Shown here: piece by piece, positions 8,312 through 18,731 of the stretch
Position numbering within the stretch: the first letter of the stretch is position 1
Layout: every line of letters begins with the position of its first letter
Source: Trypanosoma brucei
Lineage: Eukaryota
DNA length: 64,000 nucleotides
NCBI GenBank assembly: GCA_000002445.1
Contig: CH464491.1
Location: forward strand, 2,496,001-2,560,000
Reading direction: 5' to 3'
Translations under genes and position numbers: made by a program
The notes under the pieces: generated by a model
Databases searched by the model: none
What the model saw: only the letters and a program-made list of their open reading frames with translations
What the model was told of the DNA's origin: nothing

Positions 8312-11014
8312 ATGAGGGTGGGGTGGACAACTCGCTCCCCAGTGAAGTCAAAATGGATATGGGAACTTGAGCCGAGCAGGCTCCGCGCTATCGACTTTTT
8401 TACCTACCGTCTCGGGCTTTTCAGCGATCCCTCCACGAAGTGTACCAGGAAGGTCGCAGTCGACGGTAGCAACGGCAAAATAAGCAATAAAAAACGAAAT
8501 GCGAATCGATTAAACAAACTGTCTGAACCTTTGAGCCCTATTCCGTCACCCTATGGCGGGGAGCTTACGAAGGCGCACAATACCGCAGGCGATGGATGCA
8601 GTAGGATTTTCTCATTCTCTCCCTTGAAGCTGATGCAACGGATGATGCGCGAGTGGGAAGAAGAGCAGCGAGAGCTTTTGTCGCGAGATGAAGAAATCCT
8701 GGCAAGGGAAGAAGCGCAAATGGCTTCTATTATGAAGCATCCATCCGCATTGTTCGGGGATGAAGCAGCGGTCCTGTACAAATTTGGCATGGGTGCCTTC
8801 GTTTCACCGAACGCACCGGGCTTCTCGGGAATTTTTCGGCAGCATTGGAAGGACTTTTTGGTCACGGAAATGGTCTACGATAGTGAGGGAGAAGATGGCA
8901 AACCACTTTCCCGCGAGCTCGATTGGACTATTCCACCACTTCCTGATTGTTTTCGTTCAGTTGATGAATCAGATACCAAATATGTGCATGGTGGCAGCAC
9001 GGCTAGCGGTGAAAACCGCATCAACAGTTTCTTTACCGTCGATATAGGAGGGCAGTTAAAACAAATAATGAAGGAAGATAGCGGCGAGGGAGATAGCAAA
9101 AGAACGGGGGTGGAACCCCTAACGGGTAATCTGTCTGGCGCAGCCTCACGAAATAAATCTCGACTAGAGGGAAACGGCCAGGATGAGGATTCGAGCGAAT
9201 TTAGGACGGGGAAGTTTTACCTTCAGTGCTACCTCCGTAAGCAGCATATTGCACACAGCGTCGCGCTCTCCAACATCGCTCAAACTCTTCGAATGCACCC
9301 CTCCTGTATATCCGTAGCCGGTATTAAGGACTACATTGGGGACACGCTGCAAAGGGTCCGGTTGCAAAATGTCACTCCAGCATCAGCGCTAGAAGCAAAT
9401 CGTGTCTTCCGCAAGAAGAAGTGGGCAATGACCCTTTCCGACTTCTCATATCATACGGAACCACTATTTCCTGGGCGGCTGTTCGGTAATCACTTTAAAA
9501 TTGTCCTTCGAGATGTGACGGTGCCAAAGACATGCATTCAACAGGCGGTGTACGAGCTCCAGACGCATGGGTTCCCGAACTATTACGGATGCCAGCGGTT
9601 CTCGTGGTTTGGTGGGACTAATGATGCTGCTTTCGCTATACTAAATCAAAACTGGTTAGCTTTCGCGTTCCGCTTTCTCGGGTATACCAGTCGTGAGCTG
9701 ACACTCCGAGAACTGCTACAGCGTGAAAAAAAATATCCGAACCCAGTACAAGACGAGTATCGTCGCAATATCGTACGGCGTCTTCGATCCATCGCAATAG
9801 AACCCAGTGAATTGGATACGGCTCCATTTCTTGCATGTCCCTCCCTTGGTGCCCCGTTGACCGCTACCGATGGTGGGCCCGTGAGCAAGAAGCAAGAGTT
9901 GATACTTCTGCAGTTACAAGGTGCGTATCTTGATTTGAGCGTGATGAGTCGGCGTCTCACAGCACAGCGTCTCTGTAGCTACTTGTGGAACCAAGTGCTA
10001 ACACTTCGGCTTCACCACTTCGGTGGTAAAGAGGTTTTGGAAGGTGATATGGTTCTACCCGAGGTGCTGCGGCGTGTGCAAACCTCACCAGAAGAACGGA
10101 CTGACTGGTACCGACAGGGTATTCATCTCGTTGAAACTGAGGAAGAAAGAGAGAGAACGTCCATTATGAATGTTATTCATCCTGGTTTCTCCTTCAATTC
10201 CATGCGGTTGCCGCAGAACGCGGTAGGGGAGTATTTTCTTCAGGTGTGTCAAAAGTACCACCTGGAATGGCACAGCCGCCACTCGAGGTTGGGGATTCAC
10301 GACTTCTTTGAGCCACCGCGCCCTATTATTCGTAAACCAATGAACCTGCGGTATGACTACGACACTGAGTCATGCAAGTTGACGCTTGAATTTTCTCTTG
10401 AGCGTGGCAGCTACGCTAATGTTGTTCTTACAGAGCTCATGAAACAAGCTCGTTGTGTTGGTTCCTCTGATATTCTTACCCTTCCCGCTCCCGATGCAAT
10501 GTGGGAGTTTGGAAACCGCGATCCTGGATACGTCACATCCCTGCAAGACATATACGAAGGATTTCAAGACGGTGTTGGGTTTGTGAATGAGGAGCACGTC
10601 CTACCTTTTGTTGGGGATGTCAAGCCGTGGGACTATAATACCGGGCCGCTCTTTCTACCGGAGAGTGCAGATCCTGTGCGCAAAGCACATCGTTGGGGAT
10701 CACGGCACCTGATTCGGAATATGGCCCGCCGGGAACAAGATGAGGAGGAAATGAGGTTGCGACTATTTGAGAAACCACTCGCCAAAACACTTAAAGATGG
10801 CGAAGTGAGCTGTTACGCCGGGCACACAGTTCCCCTTCCACCCAATGCTAAGGCGAAGAAAATATTCTTTAAAGTCCTCCGCCGGCAGCGTCGCTACCCC
10901 GGGGCACCCAAAACCACGCCACGTATCAAACGCGGTGCAGAGGTTCAAAGGAGGGAAACGGCTCGTGTGCCGTTTAAAACCATTAACAAGAATACGTGGA
11001 ACGTGACGTGGTGA
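8312..11014 (+). CDS. PUS7: tRNA pseudouridine synthase, TruD/Pus7 family
   Basis: 'GFPNYYGCQRFSWFG' matches the TruD/Pus7 'NYFGxQRFG' signature, and the length suits eukaryotic Pus7. The ORF track starts at 8090, but its first 74 codons translate a pyrimidine-rich UTR-like stretch. The ATG at 8312 (MRVGWTT...) follows a polyY tract plus AG. Confidence 0.8.
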   Translation: MRVGWTTRSPVKSKWIWELEPSRLRAIDFFTYRLGLFSDPSTKCTRKVAVDGSNGKISNKKRNANRLNKLSEPLSPIPSPYGGELTKAHNTAGDGCSRIFSFSPLKLMQRMMREWEEEQRELLSRDEEILAREEAQMASIMKHPSALFGDEAAVLYKFGMGAFVSPNAPGFSGIFRQHWKDFLVTEMVYDSEGEDGKPLSRELDWTIPPLPDCFRSVDESDTKYVHGGSTASGENRINSFFTVDIGGQLKQIMKEDSGEGDSKRTGVEPLTGNLSGAASRNKSRLEGNGQDEDSSEFRTGKFYLQCYLRKQHIAHSVALSNIAQTLRMHPSCISVAGIKDYIGDTLQRVRLQNVTPASALEANRVFRKKKWAMTLSDFSYHTEPLFPGRLFGNHFKIVLRDVTVPKTCIQQAVYELQTHGFPNYYGCQRFSWFGGTNDAAFAILNQNWLAFAFRFLGYTSRELTLRELLQREKKYPNPVQDEYRRNIVRRLRSIAIEPSELDTAPFLACPSLGAPLTATDGGPVSKKQELILLQLQGAYLDLSVMSRRLTAQRLCSYLWNQVLTLRLHHFGGKEVLEGDMVLPEVLRRVQTSPEERTDWYRQGIHLVETEEERERTSIMNVIHPGFSFNSMRLPQNAVGEYFLQVCQKYHLEWHSRHSRLGIHDFFEPPRPIIRKPMNLRYDYDTESCKLTLEFSLERGSYANVVLTELMKQARCVGSSDILTLPAPDAMWEFGNRDPGYVTSLQDIYEGFQDGVGFVNEEHVLPFVGDVKPWDYNTGPLFLPESADPVRKAHRWGSRHLIRNMARREQDEEEMRLRLFEKPLAKTLKDGEVSCYAGHTVPLPPNAKAKKIFFKVLRRQRRYPGAPKTTPRIKRGAEVQRRETARVPFKTINKNTWNVTW

Positions 11015-11377
11015 TGTGACTTGTTTTAAGAGTTCTGAACAGAACAAATGATCAGTAAAATGGACTTTCTTCCCTGCATTTCCCTTGTATGTGCTCGTGG
11101 GAAAGCAGGCGTGTATATTGCACACTCTGGTCGGTTCCCTTTGCTGTTCAACCTCTCTTTTTTTGTATCAATAATGCCCGTCGTTTGGTTTTGTACTTTT
11201 TTGGGAAGGGGTCAGGCCTTATAAAGGTTGGCGGCTCATTTTTCTCGCCCGTGTGCATCTAGTAATAGGCAAGCAGCAGGTTTAAATAGCTGCCCAGTAG
11301 GGTTTGAGTTGGTTCTCCCCTTTCCTCACTCGTATATAAGTTTAATTTCGTCTCTACGCATTAGTGTTTACGCACGC

Positions 11378-12013
11378 ATGTATCGCTCAGTGGGAGAAGC
11401 AGTCGGACGGACCCCTAAGCAGGACGCACCGCCATACGACCCCTCTCTTTGGGAAGGAAAGGATTGTGCATTCATCACAGTTCTGAAAGAGGCTCATGAA
11501 AGGCAACAACGGCAGGAGCGCCACCGCGACGCACAGCACGGCGGAGTCGACGAGGCTGGCTTGGCGGCTCCCCACACCTCCCATATTCAGCTGACATACA
11601 CACCAACAAGTTGGTGGGAAAGGCTTATGTTGAAATTGTTCCCTCGGTATTATGCCTTACGGGTCATGGCAAATAGTGATATTTCCCGACTGAGCAATGA
11701 AGAACTTGTAATGCGGATGCATCTCGCCCTTCAGGCGGGAGACGGTGATTTCTCTGCCCTCATAGCGCAGGAGTTGGCTCGGAGACGTGTGTATCTGTAC
11801 CGAGAGGAGGTTACCACTGTGAATACAACCCCTGGGGGTGCGGCAGTTAGGCGAAACAACTATAGAGGGATGGGAAGTTCTGACGAAGGGGTTGGTATTA
11901 TGCGTGCGAGGTATTCGGACAGTGCAGTAAAGCAAGGTGCCGTCAGCCATGTTGCAGATTCGTCATTTACGGTGCCAGAGTTTCTGCTGAGGCGTCCCTC
12001 ATACGGTGGATGA
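11378..12013 (+). CDS. Hypothetical protein (~211 aa)
   Basis: The ORF lies on the unit's coding strand between two supported genes. Its composition is not low-complexity. The ORF-track start at 11228 is probably an upstream artefact, and the ATG at 11378 (MYRSVGEAVG...) is more plausible. No recognisable domain. Confidence 0.4.
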   Translation: MYRSVGEAVGRTPKQDAPPYDPSLWEGKDCAFITVLKEAHERQQRQERHRDAQHGGVDEAGLAAPHTSHIQLTYTPTSWWERLMLKLFPRYYALRVMANSDISRLSNEELVMRMHLALQAGDGDFSALIAQELARRRVYLYREEVTTVNTTPGGAAVRRNNYRGMGSSDEGVGIMRARYSDSAVKQGAVSHVADSSFTVPEFLLRRPSYGG

Positions 12014-12423
12014 GGTTTCCGCTGCTTTCGGCTGCCCGTACACGTGGACACAACCGCAGCATGGCAGGCAAAGGGCTGGGAAAGGAGAAGCTGGGACACT
12101 GAAGTAAGTAAATGCTGGAAAAGAGGTAAATCGCGGTGGTGTTACATTACTACAAAACTCAGGTTGCACTGGCAGCTGAATTTTTTCACTCCTCTGTGCA
12201 TGGTGTCTTGTTTGAGGGAGATGATGTAGCTTCAAACTCGTTAATTCCTGTTGTTTTGATTCCTTGGAAAGGATTTGGTGAGCACGCTCACATGGTTCTC
12301 TTTTGTGTTTGTTTGTTTTCCCTTCGCACACGCCTACAACGTAAGACACACCAATTCACCACGAGGCGGCACGCCCTCAGCTCCGCACGGTCCTCCCGTG
12401 TTGGTGTGCACGCAGGCCTGACG

Positions 12424-15321
12424 ATGACAGAGGACGAGGAACCATATGTTATGGCCTTCGAGCCCTACACAGTGCAGAGGGAAATGATGCGAACTGTTCA
12501 TTTGGCTCTTAATTCCTGGCCTCGGCACACCCCCATTGCGGCGATTGAGGTTCCCACCGGGTGTGGAAAGACGCTGGCATTGCTTTCAAGCGTGTTGCGC
12601 TACCAGGCAGGGTTGGAGAAACACACACCACAGGAGCTGGAGCAGCACTTTCGCCTGCGGAGGTGTAGGGGTCCCCCAGTGTTGCCCTCATTGTCAAGAA
12701 CGGAAATGTCGTCACGTAAATGGTGCCACTGCAAGGAAGACAGTAAACACAGTGAAGAGTCGAATGGTTTGAAAGCAAATACAGCGGACGGTGAAGAAGC
12801 TTGGCGTGTGTCGTCGTTATTTCTGAGGCAGTTCAGGCCACCGAACGGCAAACGTCTGCGTGTTGAGCTAGTAACTGAAGGATCGTTGGAACTCCGCAAG
12901 CAGCATCAATCGCCGCCATGTACGATTTTTTACGTGACGCGTACGCACGCGCAGCTTCGACAGTGTGTGGGGGAACTGCGTAAACTCAAAGGTCTGGAGA
13001 GACTGAAAATGAATATCCTGGGAAGCCGCAAGCAATACTGCATAAACCAACATGTGCTGAAGGCGTGTGCAAACAAGACGCTTCCTATAGAGGGAAACAA
13101 CCTTGGTGAAGTCTGTGACAAGCTTGTGTCTCTCGGTCAGTGCGAAGCCGTTCATGGCTACGGTGTCCTTGGTAGTAAGGCTATAACTCACCCCCTGAGC
13201 CAAGGACGGAGTGACAAAGTGTGGGATATTGAAGATTTGGTAACCGAAGGTGTAGGAATGGAGTGTTGTCCGTATTATGCCGCGAGAGACCTTGTCTTCT
13301 TCGCCCACATCAACTTTGCCACGTATCAGTATCTTCTGGACCCGCTCATTCGTCATGAGTGCAAGATGGAGGCTGCCCTAAAAAATCACTCCATCATTAT
13401 CTTTGATGAGGCACACAACGTCCCGCAAGTGTGTCAAGATGCATTATCCGTAGAGACGTCAGTGGACACGCTCCGTCTCATCCTAAATGAGATCGAGCCT
13501 CTAATACAACCCACTGTGGCGGTGGCGACGCTCAGCTACCCGCGCGAGTTCAAACTAACCAAATGGACACTTGTGGAGCTACTTTCCCTACTGTATGACG
13601 TATTCAAAGCCGTCACAGAGTTCGTGTCACCTGCGCAACCGTCGGTAAAAACGCAGCGTGGGGTACACTCCCGGCCGGTGGGGGGACAAGATGTCGAGGA
13701 AAGTGAAAGTAACCATGACGTTGAGAACAACGCAATCTTTCCAGGCGAAACCCTCGCAGAAGTGTTACGCCGCTGCATTACGGATTACATACCGATCGCT
13801 TCTAGCTGCAGCCGTCGAGGGTATGGGACCGCAGAGAGTTCAGCATCGAAAGACGGTGTAGCGATGTTTCGGCAAGTTTACGGGATTATAATGTCTCTGG
13901 GGGTCACCTTTAATCCATTCCAGTTCTCCATTTTTTGTCTTTCACTTATGAAGCGTTGGATCCTCATCATGCGCTTTATCATCCAGAAACCGAGCGCCTT
14001 TGTCCTCAGCATCAGTGACCCATTGCCAGAAAAAAACCGTAACGGTCAAGACAGCGTCCCAAGCAGTGAGGCTGGCGGCAACACCGAGGGGGTTGAGTCA
14101 GCTGTGCCATCACGAAGAATTGTTGGTATCCGATGTTTGGATGGTAGTTTGGCATTTCAGCACATCTTGAGTACCGCTCACCGTGTTGTGTTGGCCTCCG
14201 GGACACTTGCGCCGTTTCATCAGTTGGGACGAGACTTGGGAATACCACCTTCCAGTATGGCAACTTATGAAGGATTGCATGTGGCACAGAAGCATCAGTA
14301 TCGATTGGGGGTTCTCACACATACTGTGGATGCCACTCCGTTGCACTGTACCTACGGGAGTTTGAAGGATCCTTCTTTCATTAGTCAGCTTGTGGAGACA
14401 CTCGCTATGCTTGTTGAAAAAGTGGAACTTGGAGGTGTTCTCGTCTTCATGCCCAACTACACCGTAATGAAAACCATCGGGTTGCAGCTCATTTCTCGTT
14501 ACCGTGACGCAGCCCGTCAGATGGAAGGAACACCAAAGTCTTCTAGGTTCCCGCAGGTTTTCCTCGAGAGTCAGTCAGCAGCTGATTTCCCTTCAGTGCT
14601 AGATAGCTTCCGAAAGGCTACAGTTCGTGGCCCAGCCGTTTTCGCCTCTGTTTTTCGAGCGAAAGTGAGTGAAGGGATTGACTTCGCGGATTGCATGGCC
14701 CGTCTTGTCGTGTGTGTGGGAGTCCCTTTACAGCCGTTGAAATCGTGGACGGTGCAAGCACAGAGGAGATACAGTGGGGAGGAGTGGTACGTAAATGATG
14801 CGGTCCGCGCTGTTAATCAAGCCCTTGGACGCTGCATACGTCACTCACGAGATTTCGGTGCGATGGTCCTGTTGGACGACCGTTTTGAACAAATGAACCT
14901 TCAGCAATCCCTGTCAAGATGGTGCCGCGAGGAGTTGAGGGTCCACCACTCACACGCGTCGTTAGCGGATGATCTTCATGAGTTCTTTCGCACTTGCAGG
15001 GGGGGAAATGCAATAGCGAAGGATTCTCATCTCAGAGAAAACGTAAGCGGTGGAAATACCAGCCAAGGAGAAGAACTGTATTGCCGGTCACTGGAAAAAG
15101 AAAACGTCCCTCCCCCCATTAAGGAAGAACGAGTGACCAGCATCTTGGATGCACCCTTTCTCATGGGGCCTGTACTGAAGCCGAAGGTTCCAACTTACAC
15201 ACGACAGTTGAGTTGCACCGCATTAAAACTCATGTACGAAGCCCATGATGATGTCTCCCAAGTTACAGCCGAAGAGCTTCGTGAGGCACTGCGACTCTTG
15301 GAGGACGGGTTTCCGCAGTGA
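12424..15321 (+). CDS. Rad3/XPD-family (DinG-like) Fe-S DNA helicase; DDX11/RTEL1/FANCJ-like
   Basis: Walker A 'VPTGCGKTLALL' and DEAH box 'IIIFDEAHNV'. A four-Cys Fe-S region spans 'YCINQ...KAC...VCDKL...GQC...ECCPYY'. C-terminal motif VI reads 'LGRCIRHSRDFGAMVLLDDRF'. The ORF track starts at 12136, but the motif-consistent start is the ATG at 12424 (MTEDEEPYVMAFEPY). Confidence 0.85.
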   Translation: MTEDEEPYVMAFEPYTVQREMMRTVHLALNSWPRHTPIAAIEVPTGCGKTLALLSSVLRYQAGLEKHTPQELEQHFRLRRCRGPPVLPSLSRTEMSSRKWCHCKEDSKHSEESNGLKANTADGEEAWRVSSLFLRQFRPPNGKRLRVELVTEGSLELRKQHQSPPCTIFYVTRTHAQLRQCVGELRKLKGLERLKMNILGSRKQYCINQHVLKACANKTLPIEGNNLGEVCDKLVSLGQCEAVHGYGVLGSKAITHPLSQGRSDKVWDIEDLVTEGVGMECCPYYAARDLVFFAHINFATYQYLLDPLIRHECKMEAALKNHSIIIFDEAHNVPQVCQDALSVETSVDTLRLILNEIEPLIQPTVAVATLSYPREFKLTKWTLVELLSLLYDVFKAVTEFVSPAQPSVKTQRGVHSRPVGGQDVEESESNHDVENNAIFPGETLAEVLRRCITDYIPIASSCSRRGYGTAESSASKDGVAMFRQVYGIIMSLGVTFNPFQFSIFCLSLMKRWILIMRFIIQKPSAFVLSISDPLPEKNRNGQDSVPSSEAGGNTEGVESAVPSRRIVGIRCLDGSLAFQHILSTAHRVVLASGTLAPFHQLGRDLGIPPSSMATYEGLHVAQKHQYRLGVLTHTVDATPLHCTYGSLKDPSFISQLVETLAMLVEKVELGGVLVFMPNYTVMKTIGLQLISRYRDAARQMEGTPKSSRFPQVFLESQSAADFPSVLDSFRKATVRGPAVFASVFRAKVSEGIDFADCMARLVVCVGVPLQPLKSWTVQAQRRYSGEEWYVNDAVRAVNQALGRCIRHSRDFGAMVLLDDRFEQMNLQQSLSRWCREELRVHHSHASLADDLHEFFRTCRGGNAIAKDSHLRENVSGGNTSQGEELYCRSLEKENVPPPIKEERVTSILDAPFLMGPVLKPKVPTYTRQLSCTALKLMYEAHDDVSQVTAEELREALRLLEDGFPQ

Positions 15322-16155
15322 CACAGTAGGCAGTTGTTATTTTGATATTAAGCTTTTTTCCTTGGTGGGCATCCCGCACACCGTCTACACCTTGTGTTTC
15401 CTTGGTAAGTGAACCATCGCTTAATAATTCGTGGGTTCGCTAGAACCTCAAGTTCGATGGCGGAGGTCAATGCCTGCCCCTGAGCACCCTGATGCGGAAA
15501 ATAGACCCGCTAACAATGTTGCGTGTTGATTCCGGTTCTACAGAAAGTTGAAAAGGCACCCATCTGGGGGATGCAGCGAGGGGCGAGTAAACTCATGCAA
15601 AATGGGTCGAAGAACATCGCAAAACGAAGGTAGACACCGGCTTTTCTGCCGGTTCACTGCCGACCTCCATATCACTACTCTTATCTGGAGGCATAGAATA
15701 CAGGAAAACTGGTGAGACTGCGCGGTTACGGTAAGATTATTAAACTCTGATGCGTGGTTTCTGGTGCCAGGATTTGTTTCAGATGGCAGTTTAGGCGTCA
15801 ACATTTGTCTCATAGAAAGGCTTTGCGCGCATGAGTCACCACTTTTCCCGAAACACCAACAAGAGAGTATTCCCTTGGTGTTTCCAGTTGACCCCTATGT
15901 GTACCTTGTTGTTGTACATTTACTTTTGACACGGTCAACACCTTCCCACCGAGTTGTATGGTGGGTGGGCTAAAAAGTTGCGTGGATTTTTGTATTCCAC
16001 GTTTTGTTGTTGCTATTCGCGGGTGCGAAGCTCTTTGATATGCGTTGCTCTCCTCCCCTCTTCCTCGGCCCACGCTATGTTTTACTTCTTTGCAAACCCT
16101 CTTTACGCGTTGACTACGCTGGCAACAAGGCTGAGAGATCGCCGGAATCCTTAAA

Positions 16156-17202
16156 ATGGAGTGGGTTCCGTGCACCGAGCAGACGGGGTCGGTGGGCTGC
16201 CGCGAGGGGCACTGCGCAACCTCTCTTCAAGAAAAAAGTACTGGAGAAGAATGGGTTTTGGTTGTTGGGGGATATTGCGAAGGGGAGCGCGACGGCGCGG
16301 TTATGGCAGCGCGAGCAGATGGACTGCCGATGCTACGATGGGTTCGGCTGGATAAGCCCAACATGACGTGGTTCGAATGTGATGGGGCTTCGCTAACGCA
16401 CGTAACTGGCGACACCGCCTACTTCTTTGGTGGATTAAACGAGCACATGAATCACAGTAATCAGTTACTCTGTCTTTCCCTGCATCAGGGGCAACAGGGT
16501 GATCTTTCCCTCGATGTGGTGAAGGTAGAGACAACAGGAGACGTCCCTCTTCCGCGCGCGAGGCATTCAGCTGGTAGTGCCGGGCGGTATTTCGTTGTGT
16601 TCGGTGGTGAAACGGAAGATGCTGAACAAAATAATGACGGATACATCCTGGACACCGACACAATGGTATGGACACGAATTCCAACAGGGCACCAGGTGCC
16701 CAATCCACGACTTCTCGCCGGCCCTCTTGTGTTCTACTCACCCCACGGGTGCATACTTTACGGTGGGGCACACTTTGTGAACGGCGATATAAGGAGTATG
16801 TCTGACGTGTGGAACCTGCACATCCCGCTGGGAGGCACATGGTTTAACGTTTCCTATGGGGACGGCGCCCCCGCCTGTCGCTTCCCGAGGTCGAATGGTC
16901 ACGCCGGTGGCGTTCTGGGGCGGGTTGGGGGAGAAACTGTAGTGTTGTTTGTTGGAGGAAAGGATGCCGCTGAGGGGTGTGACAGAGTAAAACAGGTGCA
17001 GCCTCCGAAATCTGCTGAAGACAAATTCCATCTTCGTCTGGTAGACCCCGTGTTGGCTGGTGGTGAGGGCCCGCACTGGCGGTACACACCAGCAGCGGTA
17101 GATACACGACGTGGCGTATTGCTTTTGGGTGGTCAGTGCCGTCATCCACAGGAGGTTGCTGCCTTCCTACTAAAGCAGACGGGTGTTACTTTGCAACGGT
17201 AA
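16156..17202 (+). CDS. Kelch-repeat (galactose-oxidase-type beta-propeller) protein
   Basis: Repeated 'Y(F)FGG' Kelch-blade motifs: 'AYFFGGLNEH', 'YFVVFGGETED', 'ILYGGAHF', 'VLFVGGKDA', 'VLLLGGQC'. Confidence 0.7.
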   Translation: MEWVPCTEQTGSVGCREGHCATSLQEKSTGEEWVLVVGGYCEGERDGAVMAARADGLPMLRWVRLDKPNMTWFECDGASLTHVTGDTAYFFGGLNEHMNHSNQLLCLSLHQGQQGDLSLDVVKVETTGDVPLPRARHSAGSAGRYFVVFGGETEDAEQNNDGYILDTDTMVWTRIPTGHQVPNPRLLAGPLVFYSPHGCILYGGAHFVNGDIRSMSDVWNLHIPLGGTWFNVSYGDGAPACRFPRSNGHAGGVLGRVGGETVVLFVGGKDAAEGCDRVKQVQPPKSAEDKFHLRLVDPVLAGGEGPHWRYTPAAVDTRRGVLLLGGQCRHPQEVAAFLLKQTGVTLQR

Positions 17203-17537
17203 CAAATAATCAACAAGGTGGAATCAGTGGAGACAATTTGGAGAGATAGTGCAGTACTGCGCCCTACTGAATTCGGGGTTGTTTCGTTATTATCGTTTAC
17301 GTTTCGTACGCATTTCTTGTTTGTCTTCGCTTTTTTTGGATATGCGTGATGTGGCGCGTCGTTTTCACACAGCCTTTTTCCCTAATGTTAGCCCTCCAAA
17401 CCCTCACCCCCTCAATCTGAAGAAAAAGAGAGGGGCTTTCGTATCCTCAGGACTCGACCGCAAGTATGTCTTTAATTTTTTTTTGTATCATCCCTCATCC
17501 GTTCACCCGCACAAAGTGTTCCAAGGTGTCGATCATC

Positions 17538-18731
17538 ATGCAGATGTTGGCCCCTGGTGCTTTCTTCAACGCATTAAAGGTCCGGGGGGTTACACACTTT
17601 TTTGGAGTTCCTGACCCCATTCTAAAATATTTCTGTGCCTTCGTGGCAAGTCACACGACACCGAAGGAACACATCATCACAGCAAACGAAGGGAATGCAG
17701 TGGCCATGGCTGCAGGTTACCATCTTGCAACTGGGGGACTCCCTTTGGTGTACATGAAAAACAGTGGCTTAGGCGATGCACTCAATCCCCTGATCTCTCT
17801 CACACACGCTGAGGCGTGCAGCATTCCCATGTTTATAGTCGTTGGTTGGCGAGGAGCTCCTGATGCTGGAAATGAGCTACCGTGTGCCGCAGAAGGGCGC
17901 TTGACCGAAGGAATCCTACGTGCTGCTGAGGTCCCGTATATCATTTTATCTTCTGCTTGTGGAAACGGGGAGCAGTCGATGGAAACAGCTCTGGATATGG
18001 CACTGAAGCACGTGCATAATTCAAGGACGCCCTATGCCTTTTTGGTACCACCAAACTTTTTTGAGGAATGCGCTTACGAAGGGGTTGGAGAAGGTATTGC
18101 TGAGCTTCCCATGACTCGCAGGGAGGCGGTTGAACAAGCACTGCGCCAAATAGACCGGGGAGATATAGTTGTGGGCGCCGCAAGCTTCCTTGCTCGTGAA
18201 ATCTTTGAAGTTCAGGAGTGTGCCGGGATGCGACACGGCCCACAATTCTTCCCAGTCGGCAGCATGGGTCATTGTTCTTCCGTAGCAGCGGGTATAGCAT
18301 TGGCCAAACCAGAAAGGCAAGTGTTTTGCTTTGATGGAGATGGCGCATTCCTTATGCACATGGGTTCATCAGCAACCATCGGCGGTGTAGCCGCCATACA
18401 TTTAATAGGTACGGGCGAAACTTCCCTCATGCGCAACTACAAACATGTCGTTTTCAACAACGGATCCCACGATTCGGCAGGTGGTCAACCCACTGTGTCT
18501 TTTGATGTATCCCTCACGCAAGTGGCGAGTGCGTGTGGTTTTAGGACTGTCCGCGAAGAACCCGTAATGGACCTTGGCGAAACTGTGCGGGCCCTTCAGG
18601 AATTAAAGAAGGCGGAAGGGCCCGCGTTCTTGGAAGTATTTGTGCGAAGGGGCGGCCATTCAAACCCACAATGTGAACTTCCCTCTTTAGATGAGAGCAA
18701 ACAAGCTCTCACTAACTGCTTGAGGGGCTAG
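17538..18731 (+). CDS. PPDC: Thiamine-diphosphate-dependent decarboxylase, phosphonopyruvate/sulfopyruvate decarboxylase-like (PPDC-like)
   Basis: N-terminal TPP Pyr domain: 'GVTHFFGVPDPILKYF...ANEGNAVAMAAGYHLATGGLPLVYMKNSGLGDALNPL'. C-terminal PP domain with a GDG motif: 'FCFDGDGAFLMHMGS'. The ~400 aa single-chain size fits PPDC/ComDE-type enzymes. Start moved to the ATG at 17538 (MQMLAPG) after a polyY tract. Confidence 0.7.
   Translation: MQMLAPGAFFNALKVRGVTHFFGVPDPILKYFCAFVASHTTPKEHIITANEGNAVAMAAGYHLATGGLPLVYMKNSGLGDALNPLISLTHAEACSIPMFIVVGWRGAPDAGNELPCAAEGRLTEGILRAAEVPYIILSSACGNGEQSMETALDMALKHVHNSRTPYAFLVPPNFFEECAYEGVGEGIAELPMTRREAVEQALRQIDRGDIVVGAASFLAREIFEVQECAGMRHGPQFFPVGSMGHCSSVAAGIALAKPERQVFCFDGDGAFLMHMGSSATIGGVAAIHLIGTGETSLMRNYKHVVFNNGSHDSAGGQPTVSFDVSLTQVASACGFRTVREEPVMDLGETVRALQELKKAEGPAFLEVFVRRGGHSNPQCELPSLDESKQALTNCLRG

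Noticed and set aside
16301-16840. 179-aa minus-strand ORF antisense to the Kelch gene. Similar antisense ORFs lie at 53388..53969, 58873..59700 and 33977..34747.
   Set aside because: Each lies wholly inside a better-supported gene on the opposite strand and against the polarity of the local unit. There is no motif support.
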